Of a DNA stretch of 64,000 nt, positions 10,029-19,490 are shown in pieces. The position numbers and the translations under genes were made by a program. Under the pieces are notes generated by a model. The model worked only from the letters and a program-made list of their open reading frames with translations, had not been told where the DNA came from and searched no databases. Source of the stretch: Verrucomicrobiia bacterium (GTDB taxonomy: Bacteria; Verrucomicrobiota; Verrucomicrobiia; Limisphaerales; UBA1100); the NCBI GenBank assembly GCA_014239365.1, contig JAAZZB010000044.1, positions 133,320-197,319 on the forward strand, given 5' to 3'. Each line of letters opens with the position of its first letter. The stretch's first letter is position 1.

Positions 10029-12140
10029 TTATTGGTTTTCAGCCTTTGGTTTGAAAATCGACACCACTGGATAATGGTCGCTGGTGGATTCCAATACCGC
10101 CGGTTCGCGGCATACTTTTGCTGAAACACAGCGCTTGGCCAAGGCGGGGGTGGTGAGGATGAAGTCGATGCGCTCGAGGAAGCCGCGTTGGAGTTCGGGG
10201 GTTTTCACGTGGCCGAGCACGCGGGTGGGGAATGAACCGAGCTGGAGGCTTTCGGCGTAGGTGGGCTTGGGATGGGCGGCGGCGAATTTTTCGTGGACGA
10301 TGTCGTGGAGGGGCGCTTCGAGGATGCGGTTCATGATTGGGAAGATGTATTTGCCATCGACGATGAAGCGATCTTCGGTGCGTTTCTTGGCGTCGCCGAC
10401 TTTGCGGCGGTCGAGGAGGGGTTGTTGTTGATCGAGCCACGGTTTGTCGGTGGCGGCGTGGGCGTTGAAGTCGCCCATTAAAATCACTTGCCGGCCTTCT
10501 TTAGCCAAACGCGCGACGAGGTCGCGCAATTGGTTTGCTTCCCGCAATTGCTGCCGCACGCCGGCCGGCCAAAGATGGCACACGATAACGTCGATGCCGG
10601 CGGTGCGGCAGTGGAGATAGCCGTGATGGAATCCTTTGGTGTTTCGCGCAATCACTTCGATGGGCGTGCGGCTGGTGATGCCGATGTTGTAGCCGCCGCC
10701 CTTCAGCGCGGCGACGTGGGGATGATGCCAATCGGTCGCGGCCTTCTTCAAGCGCGCCTCATTCCAGCCGACGAGTTCCTGCCACGCGGCGATGTCCGGC
10801 TTCACGGTGTTCACCCAAGCGACCGTCGGCTTGTAACTGCGCCCACCGCGAAAGCTGTTGAAGACGTTGTAGTTGAGCACGGTGATTTGCTTTTTGAGTT
10901 TGAAGGTATTGGCGGCGCGACGTTGACCGAGTTGTTGCAGCGTGGTGAGGATGGCTTTCGGGATGGCGCCGTTGGCAGCGATGGGCACGTCGAGGGTCAC
11001 CGTGCCGCCTTGGGCGTTGATGACGCCAATTCGTTCCGCGAGTGTCGCCGCATCAAAACGCGGTTGCGTGCCCGCGCCCCATCCATCGCTGACGGAAAGC
11101 AGCAAGTGCCACGCAACGCCCTCGGGCGCAGGGAAATTCTTGGGCGTGAGCGGTTTGTTTTTGAACGTAAACTCGCGTTGTTCGCCAGCGGTGAAGGTTT
11201 GGTGCGGACACAACTTGCCGCGCGTGCAGAGTGATATTAGCGGATGCGCCCCGGCGTTGAAGGCCAGCTCGGTGGCGGGATTGCCCGAGCGCACGGCGGC
11301 CAACCACGTGTCGATGTTGTGCGGCTCCTTTTGCAACGGCTCGTACGCCGCTTTCATTTCGTCCTTGTAGCCATCGAACCACCAACCCGAAACGCGCTTG
11401 CCGTAACGCAGTGACCATTCGCCGCACACGTCGCCCCAATTTTTCAGGAACACGGGATTGGGCGCCTGATTTTCGCTGCGCAAAAAACCTTTCAGCTTAC
11501 GCGGGTGCGACATTGGGTTCACCTTCGGCCCGGCGGGTTTGCCGTTGATGGTCGGGAGCGTGTCGCCCATCGCCTCAATCACGCGATAGTGCCGCATCGG
11601 TGCGCGGGCGGTCATGTAAATGATGAGCCGAATGTCACGCTGCTCGAGCGCTTTGGAAATTTCCAAAATCAAATCGCGTCGCGAAGTCCACTCGCCATTC
11701 TTCACGCCCAACAATTTTTCATAAGCGGCGTTGGGCGCGCAAAATTTTCCCGTGTGTTGGCCGATGGTAAAAATCACGTGCCCCGCGCGCGTGCTCGCAA
11801 CCGCATCGGCAAAGCGCTCCACGTCAAACGAATCCACCGCCTTATTAAAATCGCCCGCGCTTTGTTCTTCGAAACACTCGTAATGAAACATCAACCCAAA
11901 CCCGCTGGACTTCAGCCAAGATTCCGCCGCGTGCGTTGGAGTAGCCCAGAGGATGAACGCGCAGAGGAGAGCAAAGCGGCGACACCGCTTTTGAAGGGCA
12001 GACTCGCAGGCTCGTCCCTCCAATCGGCTGCTGGAAATGGAGGGGCGAGCCTGCGAGTCCGAACGCAACTTCACCCGCGAAAGCGCCGTCGTTGCCGCGC
12101 TCTGCCGGCACATTCCAAATGGGTGGCTCGCATTTTCCAT
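10029..12140 (-). CDS. Exported two-domain protein: GH29/fucosidase-like TIM-barrel N-domain + endonuclease/exonuclease/phosphatase (EEP) C-domain
   Basis: N-domain: GFGLMFHYECF...FDVERFADAVASTRAGHVIFTIGQHTGKFCAP, resembling the GH29 KFGxFxHWG...HHDGFC pattern. C-domain: VLNYNVF...AWQELVGW...VILMGDFNAH...SDHYPVV, which are EEP motifs. The start is uncertain: ATG 12140 overlaps the DUF1501 stop (TGATG), and an alternative in-frame TTG lies at 12023. Confidence 0.6.
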   Translation of the reverse strand: MENASHPFGMCRQSAATTALSRVKLRSDSQARPSISSSRLEGRACESALQKRCRRFALLCAFILWATPTHAAESWLKSSGFGLMFHYECFEEQSAGDFNKAVDSFDVERFADAVASTRAGHVIFTIGQHTGKFCAPNAAYEKLLGVKNGEWTSRRDLILEISKALEQRDIRLIIYMTARAPMRHYRVIEAMGDTLPTINGKPAGPKVNPMSHPRKLKGFLRSENQAPNPVFLKNWGDVCGEWSLRYGKRVSGWWFDGYKDEMKAAYEPLQKEPHNIDTWLAAVRSGNPATELAFNAGAHPLISLCTRGKLCPHQTFTAGEQREFTFKNKPLTPKNFPAPEGVAWHLLLSVSDGWGAGTQPRFDAATLAERIGVINAQGGTVTLDVPIAANGAIPKAILTTLQQLGQRRAANTFKLKKQITVLNYNVFNSFRGGRSYKPTVAWVNTVKPDIAAWQELVGWNEARLKKAATDWHHPHVAALKGGGYNIGITSRTPIEVIARNTKGFHHGYLHCRTAGIDVIVCHLWPAGVRQQLREANQLRDLVARLAKEGRQVILMGDFNAHAATDKPWLDQQQPLLDRRKVGDAKKRTEDRFIVDGKYIFPIMNRILEAPLHDIVHEKFAAAHPKPTYAESLQLGSFPTRVLGHVKTPELQRGFLERIDFILTTPALAKRCVSAKVCREPAVLESTSDHYPVVSIFKPKAENQ
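11999..12061. repeat. Family A palindrome copy 2 (inside the 5' leader of the GH/EEP gene)
   Basis: CAGACTCGCAGGCTCGTCCCTCCA (11999-12022), 15-nt loop, TGGAGGGGCGAGCCTGCGAGTCCG (12038-12061). Confidence 0.9.
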
Positions 12141-13594
12141 CACGCCAAAATTGGTTTTACCACTTTGCCGTGGACGTCGGTGAGGCGGTAGCGGCGGCCT
12201 TGGAATTTGTAGGTGAGGCGTTCGTGGTCGATGCCGAGTTGGTGCAGGAGGGTGGCTTGGAGGTCGTGGATGTGGACGGGATTTTCGGCGGGGCTGTATG
12301 CGTAATCATCGGATGTGCCGTGGGTGATGCCGCCGCGAATGCCGCCACCGGCCATCCACATCGAGAAACATCGGCCGTGATGGTCGCGGCCGTACGTGGT
12401 TTTGGTTGCTTTGCCTTGACTGAAAATCGTGCGACCGAATTCGCCGCCAAAAATGATTAGCGTGTCGTCCAACATACCGCGTCTTTTTAGGTCGCTGATG
12501 AGAGCGGCGGTTGCTTGGTCGACGTCTTTGCACATTAAGGGCAAATCGCGCGGAATATTTCTGTGATGATCCCAGCCGACGTGATAGAGCTGAATGAAGC
12601 GCACGCCGCGTTCGGCCATACGCCGGGCGAGCAGACAGTTGGCGGCGTACGTGCCACGCTTCCGGGCGTCTTTGCCATACAGTTGAAATGTTTCCTCGGG
12701 TTCTTCGTTTATGTTGGTGAGATCGGGCACGGCGGTTTGCATTCGGAACGCGAGCTCGTATTGCAGAGTGCGTGCGGTGATTTCGGGATCGCCCATTTGC
12801 GCGGCCTTGAGGGCATTGAGCTTGGCCAAAGCGGAAAGGGTACGGCTTTGAAGCGCGGGACTCACGCCTTTCGGATTGGATACGTACAGGATAGGATCGC
12901 CGACGGATTGCAGTTTCACTCCCTGAAATTGCGACGGCAGAAAACCGCTTTCCCATAAGCGGCCGGTGACCGGTTGCGGGACGCGTTTGCAACTGCCGAT
13001 GGAGGTGAGCACCATGAAGGCCGGCAGATTGCGGGATTCACTGCCGAGACCGTAAGTGATCCACGAGCCCATACTGGGGCGGCCGGCGAGTTGCGCGCCG
13101 GTTTGGATGAACATACGCGCGGGGTCGTGGTTAATGGCCTCGGTGTGCACGGAATTCATCATACAAATTTCATCCGCCACACCGCCGATGTGCGGCAGCA
13201 ATTCGCTCAACCAAAGGCCGCCCGCGCCGTGTTGTTTGAAGGCAAACTTGGAGGGCACCACCGGCAGTGTCTTTTGTTTGTTGGTAAACCCCGTAAGCCG
13301 TTGGCCCATTCGTACGCTGTCAGGCAGGTTTTCGCCAAACCGGTTTTTCAAATTCGGCTTGGGATCAAACAAATCGGCATGCGAGGGGCCGCCGGATTGG
13401 AAAAGATAAATGACGCGCTTGGCCTTCGGCGCGATAGTGCGGATGCCTGCCAAGCCATCTGCCGAATGCGGTTCCTTGCCCGTCGCCAGCGGCCCCAGCA
13501 AACTCGCCAATGCCGCTGCGCCGAGATTCACCGTGCCGGATTTCAAAAAGTGGCGGCGCGTTTCCAGTTGCGCAAATTCAGCGGCGGGGTTCAT
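12140..13594 (-). CDS. DUF1501 family protein (Tat-exported, sulfatase/alkaline-phosphatase-like fold)
   Basis: Twin-arginine leader LETRRHFLKSGTVNLGAAALA. Conserved DUF1501 blocks VIYLFQSGGPSHADLFDPKP and GGEFGRT...GRDHH. Follows the PSCyt gene after a 3-nt gap. Confidence 0.85.
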   Translation of the reverse strand: MNPAAEFAQLETRRHFLKSGTVNLGAAALASLLGPLATGKEPHSADGLAGIRTIAPKAKRVIYLFQSGGPSHADLFDPKPNLKNRFGENLPDSVRMGQRLTGFTNKQKTLPVVPSKFAFKQHGAGGLWLSELLPHIGGVADEICMMNSVHTEAINHDPARMFIQTGAQLAGRPSMGSWITYGLGSESRNLPAFMVLTSIGSCKRVPQPVTGRLWESGFLPSQFQGVKLQSVGDPILYVSNPKGVSPALQSRTLSALAKLNALKAAQMGDPEITARTLQYELAFRMQTAVPDLTNINEEPEETFQLYGKDARKRGTYAANCLLARRMAERGVRFIQLYHVGWDHHRNIPRDLPLMCKDVDQATAALISDLKRRGMLDDTLIIFGGEFGRTIFSQGKATKTTYGRDHHGRCFSMWMAGGGIRGGITHGTSDDYAYSPAENPVHIHDLQATLLHQLGIDHERLTYKFQGRRYRLTDVHGKVVKPILA

Positions 13595-13597
13595 CAG

Positions 13598-16273
13598 TTA
13601 TTCTTTGGTGATGGCTTCATCGAGGTTTAGCAAAAGTCTCCCCAACGCAGAGTACGCCGCCAGCTCATCGACAGCAATTTGATCATCCGGCTGGGACTGG
13701 CCCGCATCCACCAACGCCTTGGCCGCTTTGGGGTTGGCGTGATATATTTTCCGGTAGCTTGCCAGTTCGGCCAAAAGGATTTTCATTTCCACATTGGTGG
13801 GAGGTCGACCGGTGATGAGCTTCATCCCATAAGCCACACGGGCAGGCGCATTCTTCCCGCCTTCACGAATCATTCGCGTCCCCAATCCCCGCGCGGCTTC
13901 TACGAAGGTTACACCATTTAGCAACAGCAACGCTTGCAACGGTGTGTTGGTGCGCTTTTGGTTTACGCGGCAGGTATCCCGCTCGTTGGCGTCGAGCAAC
14001 ATCATCAACGGCGGCTTCACTGCACGCCGCCACAACGAGTACAGGCTGCGGCGGTATAACTTATCGCCGATGTCGGCCTTGTACGTTGGGCCGCCTTTGA
14101 TCACTTCCCGCCATAAGCCATCGGGCTGATAGGGTTTTACCGGCGCTCCGCCTTGTTGTTCCACCAATCTGCCGCTGACAAAAAGCGCTTGATCGCGGAT
14201 CACCGCCGCCGCCAAACGCAGCCGTGGCCCGCGCGCGAGCATTCGGTTTTCTGCATCCAGCGTGAGCCCTTGCGGGGATATTTTTGAGGACTGCCGATAC
14301 GTGGCGCTCATCACGATCCGTTTATGCAGCGCCTTTACGTCCCAACCCGAGGTGATAAACGTGGTGGCCAGCCAATCCAATAATTTTGGATGCGAAGGGG
14401 CTTGTCCTTGCGACCCAAAATCCTCGGCGGTCTTCACCAATCCGATGCCAAAATAATGCGCCCACGCGCGATTCACCGTCACGCGCGCGGTGAGCGGATG
14501 CTGCGGATTCACCAACCACTTCGCCAGCCCCAGCCGGTTACGCGGCAGCGCATTGCCCATCGTCGGCAGCCACGCCGGAGTTTTGGCGGAAACTTTTTCG
14601 CCAGGCTGATCGTAAGCCCCCCGATTCAAAACAAACGTCCGGCGCGGTTCCGCCATTTCCTCCATCACCATCACGTTCGCGCCACCGGCCAATAGTTGGG
14701 CTCGCTTGCGCGTCAAAATAGTAAGCCGTTTCTGAAGCGGTGTGGTTTCCGGATGAACCGTTTTTTGAAAATGCGTCCGCGCGATTTTCTTTTGGGGGGG
14801 CGTCCATTTTTTGACCTCCACCGCAGCGATGGGTTTGGGAAGTTTCTTTCGCTCCGCTACATCGAGCTTTTCCGTCCACGCCATAAATTGCAGGTTGAAC
14901 TTTTGAGTGGTGGCCATTTGATCCAGTTTGGACTGCAAAGGATCGAGCAATGATTGATTTTTTTCAAACGCTTCAATCTGTGAAAGGGCCGGGGATCGCA
15001 TCATCGGCTTCGCCGTGCTCGCGCCTCTGCCCACGCCGGTTTCGGGAATCGTGTTAAAAAAAGCAAACAATTGATAATAATTTTTCTGCGAAATGGGATC
15101 GTACTTGTGATCGTGACAACGCGCGCAGCCCCACGTAAGCCCCATAAAAACCGTAGCCGTTGTTTCAACGCGATCGGCCACATTTTCCACCAGCCATTCG
15201 GCGGGCAAAATGCCGCCCTCATTATTGATCCGATGGTTCCGATTAAATCCGGTGGCCAATCGTTGGCGCATCGTGGCTTTGGGTAATAAATCGCCCGCGA
15301 GTTGTTCGGTGAGAAACTGGTCAAAAGGCATATTGGTGTTCAACGCCCACACCACCCAATCGCGCCAAGGCCACATATTACGCATCGGATCACTCTCGTA
15401 ACCATCGCTATCGGCATAACGCGCGGCATCCAGCCAAGCGTTGGCCATATGCTCACCGTGGCGCGGCGATTGCAATAGGCGGTCGACCACTTTCCCGTAC
15501 GCCTCCACGCGGGTGTCCGCGAGAAACGCATCCACCTCCGCCGGCGTGGGCGGCAGTCCAGTGAGGTCAAGCGTCACGCGGCGGAGCAACCGCGCGCGAT
15601 TTGCCTCGGGCGAAGGCTTGAGTTTTTTCTGCTGCAAATGCGCCGCCACAAAATGGTCGATGGGATTACGCGCCCACTTGGCATTGGTTGCGGAAAGTTT
15701 CGGCAACTTCGGCCGCGTCGGCGTTTCAAATGCCCAATGCCCCGCATACTCGCCACCCGCCAATACCCATTGCTTGAGTAGTGCAATTTCCTTCGGCTTA
15801 AGTTTCAACTTCGATTCCGGCGGCGGCATCACCTCGTCGGCATCGTGAGTGGTGATGCGATAAATCAATTCGCTCTCCGAAAGATTCGCAATGTCGATGG
15901 CCGGTCCGTGTTTGCGTTCCGCAATCGCCCCCTTGCGCGAATCCAACCGCAACTTCGCTTTCCGCGCATTGGCGTCCGGTCCGTGGCAAGTATAACAATT
16001 CTCCGACAGAATAGGGCGAACATCGCGGTTAAAATCAAGTTCCGCAGCGTGCGTTGGAGCAGCCCAGAGGATGAACGCGCAGAGGAGAGCCGCTATGGAG
16101 CGCGGTGGCAGAGCGAAGCGGCGACCCCGATTTTGAAGGGCGGACTCGCAAGCTCGTCCCTCCAATTGGCCGTTGGAAATGGAGGGACGAGCCTGCGAGT
16201 CCGAACGCAACTTAAATTGCGAAAGCGCCGGCGCCGCTGCGCTCTGCCGACGTACTCCAGAACGATGCATCAT
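13598..16273 (-). CDS. PSCyt/DUF1549/DUF1553 protein (planctomycete cytochrome c-like N-domain)
   Basis: NCYTCHGPDANARKAKLRLD (PSCyt heme-binding motif), DUF1549 block (LLRRVTLDLTGLPPTPAEVDAF) and DUF1553 block (CARCHDHKYDPISQKNYY). The ORF is open to 16849, but that part overlaps ecotin. ATGATG at 16273 overlaps the ecotin stop. An alternative in-frame TTG is at 16165. Confidence 0.85.
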   Translation of the reverse strand: MMHRSGVRRQSAAAPALSQFKLRSDSQARPSISNGQLEGRACESALQNRGRRFALPPRSIAALLCAFILWAAPTHAAELDFNRDVRPILSENCYTCHGPDANARKAKLRLDSRKGAIAERKHGPAIDIANLSESELIYRITTHDADEVMPPPESKLKLKPKEIALLKQWVLAGGEYAGHWAFETPTRPKLPKLSATNAKWARNPIDHFVAAHLQQKKLKPSPEANRARLLRRVTLDLTGLPPTPAEVDAFLADTRVEAYGKVVDRLLQSPRHGEHMANAWLDAARYADSDGYESDPMRNMWPWRDWVVWALNTNMPFDQFLTEQLAGDLLPKATMRQRLATGFNRNHRINNEGGILPAEWLVENVADRVETTATVFMGLTWGCARCHDHKYDPISQKNYYQLFAFFNTIPETGVGRGASTAKPMMRSPALSQIEAFEKNQSLLDPLQSKLDQMATTQKFNLQFMAWTEKLDVAERKKLPKPIAAVEVKKWTPPQKKIARTHFQKTVHPETTPLQKRLTILTRKRAQLLAGGANVMVMEEMAEPRRTFVLNRGAYDQPGEKVSAKTPAWLPTMGNALPRNRLGLAKWLVNPQHPLTARVTVNRAWAHYFGIGLVKTAEDFGSQGQAPSHPKLLDWLATTFITSGWDVKALHKRIVMSATYRQSSKISPQGLTLDAENRMLARGPRLRLAAAVIRDQALFVSGRLVEQQGGAPVKPYQPDGLWREVIKGGPTYKADIGDKLYRRSLYSLWRRAVKPPLMMLLDANERDTCRVNQKRTNTPLQALLLLNGVTFVEAARGLGTRMIREGGKNAPARVAYGMKLITGRPPTNVEMKILLAELASYRKIYHANPKAAKALVDAGQSQPDDQIAVDELAAYSALGRLLLNLDEAITKE
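16141..16203. repeat. Family A palindrome copy 3 (inside the 5' leader of the PSCyt gene)
   Basis: CGGACTCGCAAGCTCGTCCCTCCA (16141-16164), 15-nt loop, TGGAGGGACGAGCCTGCGAGTCCG (16180-16203). Confidence 0.9.
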
Positions 16274-16755
16274 TTTTCCGGGGCGATCATGTTCTCCGGT
16301 TTGGCTGACCAAATGCGGTAGCGAACTTGGGCGTCGTTGGGCACATAAACGACGATGGGGATGCGGCTGTTGTAGCGAATGAGTTGGCTGGGGCCGGCGA
16401 TGAATTTTTCTACTTTGGGTGTTCCGGGCGGCACACCGATGAGCGTGGAACCAGCGGGGCCGAGCTTGGCTACTTCGTAATAGGTGAAACCCCAGCCCTT
16501 GAGGGGCTTGGTCTCGAGTTTGCCGCCGAGGAACATGCGGTTCACGCCGTCGGTTTCCAACACCTTGCCGACGATGAGCTCTACCTTGAAGGCACTTTCT
16601 TCGCCGCGGTTTTTGTGCGGTAGCTCGATGACATAGCGCGTCATGCCCTTTGCGGCCTTCGGGAATGCTTTGAGATATTTGTGGTCCTCGGCTTGGAGCG
16701 GATGGGCGAGGATTGAGATCAGGCCCAACAGCGCAAAGTTTGTTTTGGTTTTCAT
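16270..16755 (-). CDS. eco: Ecotin (periplasmic serine protease inhibitor)
   Basis: Signal peptide present. The sequence aligns along its length with my recollection of E. coli ecotin: KGMTRYVIELP, FKVELIVGKVLETD, LGGKLETKPLKGWGFTYY, IRYNSRIPIVVYVPNDAQVRYRIW. Confidence 0.9.
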   Translation of the reverse strand: MKTKTNFALLGLISILAHPLQAEDHKYLKAFPKAAKGMTRYVIELPHKNRGEESAFKVELIVGKVLETDGVNRMFLGGKLETKPLKGWGFTYYEVAKLGPAGSTLIGVPPGTPKVEKFIAGPSQLIRYNSRIPIVVYVPNDAQVRYRIWSAKPENMIAPEK

Positions 16756-16862
16756 TGGTTGAGGTTCGTTTTGTTTGATGTTTAACTGCTTCGTGAAGTT
16801 TTGGATTGAGCGGGAACGATACGCCTGAGCTTTCCGGCCGTCGAGCCAATTGAGCCGCGCAA

Positions 16863-19394
16863 TTATTGCGCCGCTGTGGGCGGGAGTTTTAAGGCATTAG
16901 TGATGAGCGTGGCGCAGGGATCGAGGACGGATTTGCCTTTTTTCTCGATGGGCAGAAATCTTTTGCCGAACATAATCTTGTCCATCAGCTGAAACCACTG
17001 ATAGCGTTCGGTGACATTTTCGATTTCGGCAGCGGAAGCCTTGATCTTGGCAGCGAGAATTTTTGTGCCCGCTTCCGTGCGCGTACCCTTTACCGATTGC
17101 TGCAATTCATTGGTCAACTGATACAACAACGGGCTGAGTAGTTTGGAGTTGTCCGGCATTTTTTCGCCCGAGTACTTTGCCAACACAGGGATCACAGGAT
17201 GGGTCAACACCCGGTACTTTTTCCCGAAATATTTTGGTTTGGTTTTCGCAAATTGCCACAGCTTGAAGGCCCATGTTTTGCGCTGATTGGCAATTGGAAT
17301 TTTCTTGAGCGCCGCCTCCACTAATTTGGACATTGCAAGAGCAGCGGTTTCCATTTGTGCGCTCGGCGCAGTTTGCACACCCCCCAGATGCCCGGCCAAC
17401 TCGCGTTCCACGCGCAACAACATTCCCGGGAGCCCTTCATTGGCTAATCGATAAGTCATTACGGCGTCGGCGTGATCGCATTTTTCTTTTTCCAAAAATG
17501 CCAACACTTCAGCCGCCTCCGCACGATTTTCGGGTACGGGCAATTCGGCCAGTTTGACGTACATTCTGGTTTTAATCTGCTTGGCGTACAAGCCATCCGC
17601 AGGACAGCCCGAACGCTGCGCGGCAGCTGCGATGGCGGCGGATTGTTTCGCCCAAAAATCCAAATGGTCTCGGGGCACCTTAAATGCGTCCTGGATTTTA
17701 TCCACGAGCAAAAAATTGCAGGGGTTGATGGCCAACCCGCTTTTTAACATCTCCACGCCTTGCGTTGATTGGATTGCCTCGGGCAACCTTTTGTAAATCT
17801 GATAAGCCATAAGCGAATCCATAAACTCTGCTATTCCATAATTTGCCGCCCACGCCGTGCTTTGGTGATACACCATCCCCTTGCGTCCCTTGCCGTCGGC
17901 ACTATATTCGCGCTCAAAAACCCACGGCGTATGGGGCCATGTTTTATCGTCGCCGCCGGTTACATATTGACTGCCGCGACAGGTGTACAATTTTTTCTTT
18001 GCATCAAAATGATAAGCCACCACCGCGCAATGGCCGGGTTGATGAGCGGTGCTGGCCGGAATCCCCAAGGTGCTGTGCGAGCGCGCGGAAATTCCGCCCA
18101 TCACACCGCACACGCCACCATCCTTCAACATCATTTGGATGGTATCATAATGAAACGGGTAAGGGGTCAACCGGCGGGCAGATTGCATATCATGCTGCTG
18201 TGCAATGGAGCCAATGTATTCGCCGTAGGTTTTGAATTCACCGGTCTTCACAAACGTCAGCCATCGCTCCTCACGTTCACGCAGCGGTTGATTGTTGGCA
18301 GCTAACATCGTGAGCATGGGCCACGGTGCTTTTAATGGAAATCGTGGCCATTTGCGCTCAGTCGCTTCCGATTCAGAGAATTCATATTTATCGTTGCGAA
18401 TTAAATAAGCGCATCGCTCCGATTGCGTGGGAATGGGGTCACGCTGTTCCGGCAACAGCCCCTTGGCCTCGTAGGCTTTTCGAAACATCATGTAGGCGTC
18501 GGCGAGATTTTTGTGTTGCACGCCACGCACCATCTCGCGGCTACTCCAGTGGATAATTTTCTCCCCGCAATCCAAATTGACCCGATGCCCTTTGGAATTC
18601 ATGTACGCATTAAACTGCTGCTGCAATGCCACGCTCTCCAACACGTCGGAGGCACGCAGCGTGCGTGTGACCTGTGTTTTCACTTTTGGATCCGGCTTGG
18701 GTTTGGCCGCAGCTTCGGCTGGCACAAACTTGCCATTCTCATCGTATTGATATTGGGGAATCGGATTCCGCGCACCCACCACCACTTCCTCGGTGATTGT
18801 GTTCTCATTAAGAAAGTTGATCACGTGATCGTTAAAATCCAACGGGCGATTTGTGGGTTTAGTGTTCACCGGCTTGCGCGGATCACCACCGATCTTGAGC
18901 ACCAATGGCTTCCGCTCCGTGATATCCGCATTTGGCCCGTTGGTGACATTCAAATACGCACTCGCTAAAGCCAGTTGATTGTATTCTTCGAAATCATCCT
19001 CACCCAAATCCAGCCGCAGTTCATAAAGGTTCAGCAACACATGTGCGGTGTTGGCCGGCGCGGCGTACACACAGGCTTCCATCACTGAATCCTCCTCAAT
19101 CTTTTCCAAAAACTTGCGCGGCAAATCCTTATCCAACGCCCGCAAATCACTTAGCGCCTGTGCCTTGGCGAACTCCAAATAGGCTTCGCGCACTTTGGGT
19201 GTGAACTGGTAGCCCTCCGCAGCGCACACCTCCAAAAACGTCGCGTTCAGGTCCGCCGCCGCCGCGACCAATTCCTCCGTGGCGGGCTTGTCGTTGCGCA
19301 GCAACAGCACACCCGCCGCCACCAACCCGGCCACCGCTAATCCAATGCCGATGCCGGTGATGGCCCATTTCAAATTGTCACTCAATTTGCGCAT
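16863..19394 (-). CDS. Membrane-anchored large protein with putative transglutaminase-like Cys-His-Asp core
   Basis: The ATG at 19394 gives MRKLSDNLKWAITGIGIGLAVAGLVAAGVLLL (one TM helix); the ORF is open to a TTG at 19439. DGGVCGVMGGISARSHSTLGIPASTAHQPGHCAVVAYHF...TGGDD resembles the transglutaminase-like core pattern GxC...GIPAR...H...D. The rest has no recognised domains. Confidence 0.4.
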   Translation of the reverse strand: MRKLSDNLKWAITGIGIGLAVAGLVAAGVLLLRNDKPATEELVAAAADLNATFLEVCAAEGYQFTPKVREAYLEFAKAQALSDLRALDKDLPRKFLEKIEEDSVMEACVYAAPANTAHVLLNLYELRLDLGEDDFEEYNQLALASAYLNVTNGPNADITERKPLVLKIGGDPRKPVNTKPTNRPLDFNDHVINFLNENTITEEVVVGARNPIPQYQYDENGKFVPAEAAAKPKPDPKVKTQVTRTLRASDVLESVALQQQFNAYMNSKGHRVNLDCGEKIIHWSSREMVRGVQHKNLADAYMMFRKAYEAKGLLPEQRDPIPTQSERCAYLIRNDKYEFSESEATERKWPRFPLKAPWPMLTMLAANNQPLREREERWLTFVKTGEFKTYGEYIGSIAQQHDMQSARRLTPYPFHYDTIQMMLKDGGVCGVMGGISARSHSTLGIPASTAHQPGHCAVVAYHFDAKKKLYTCRGSQYVTGGDDKTWPHTPWVFEREYSADGKGRKGMVYHQSTAWAANYGIAEFMDSLMAYQIYKRLPEAIQSTQGVEMLKSGLAINPCNFLLVDKIQDAFKVPRDHLDFWAKQSAAIAAAAQRSGCPADGLYAKQIKTRMYVKLAELPVPENRAEAAEVLAFLEKEKCDHADAVMTYRLANEGLPGMLLRVERELAGHLGGVQTAPSAQMETAALAMSKLVEAALKKIPIANQRKTWAFKLWQFAKTKPKYFGKKYRVLTHPVIPVLAKYSGEKMPDNSKLLSPLLYQLTNELQQSVKGTRTEAGTKILAAKIKASAAEIENVTERYQWFQLMDKIMFGKRFLPIEKKGKSVLDPCATLITNALKLPPTAAQ

Positions 19395-19490
19395 ATGCAA
19401 TTGCGGTGCCACTTTATTAACCCAAAGTGATTTGGGCAATTCTTTTGCAATCCTGATTGAAGAAAGGAACCGGCTTTCCTGTTAACCGGG

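Noticed and set aside
13598-16849. Full 1083-aa extent of the PSCyt ORF.
   Set aside because: The upstream ~190 codons overlap the well-supported ecotin gene in another frame and are Arg/Pro-rich noise. The start was set at the ATGATG overlapping the ecotin stop, with an alternative TTG further down.
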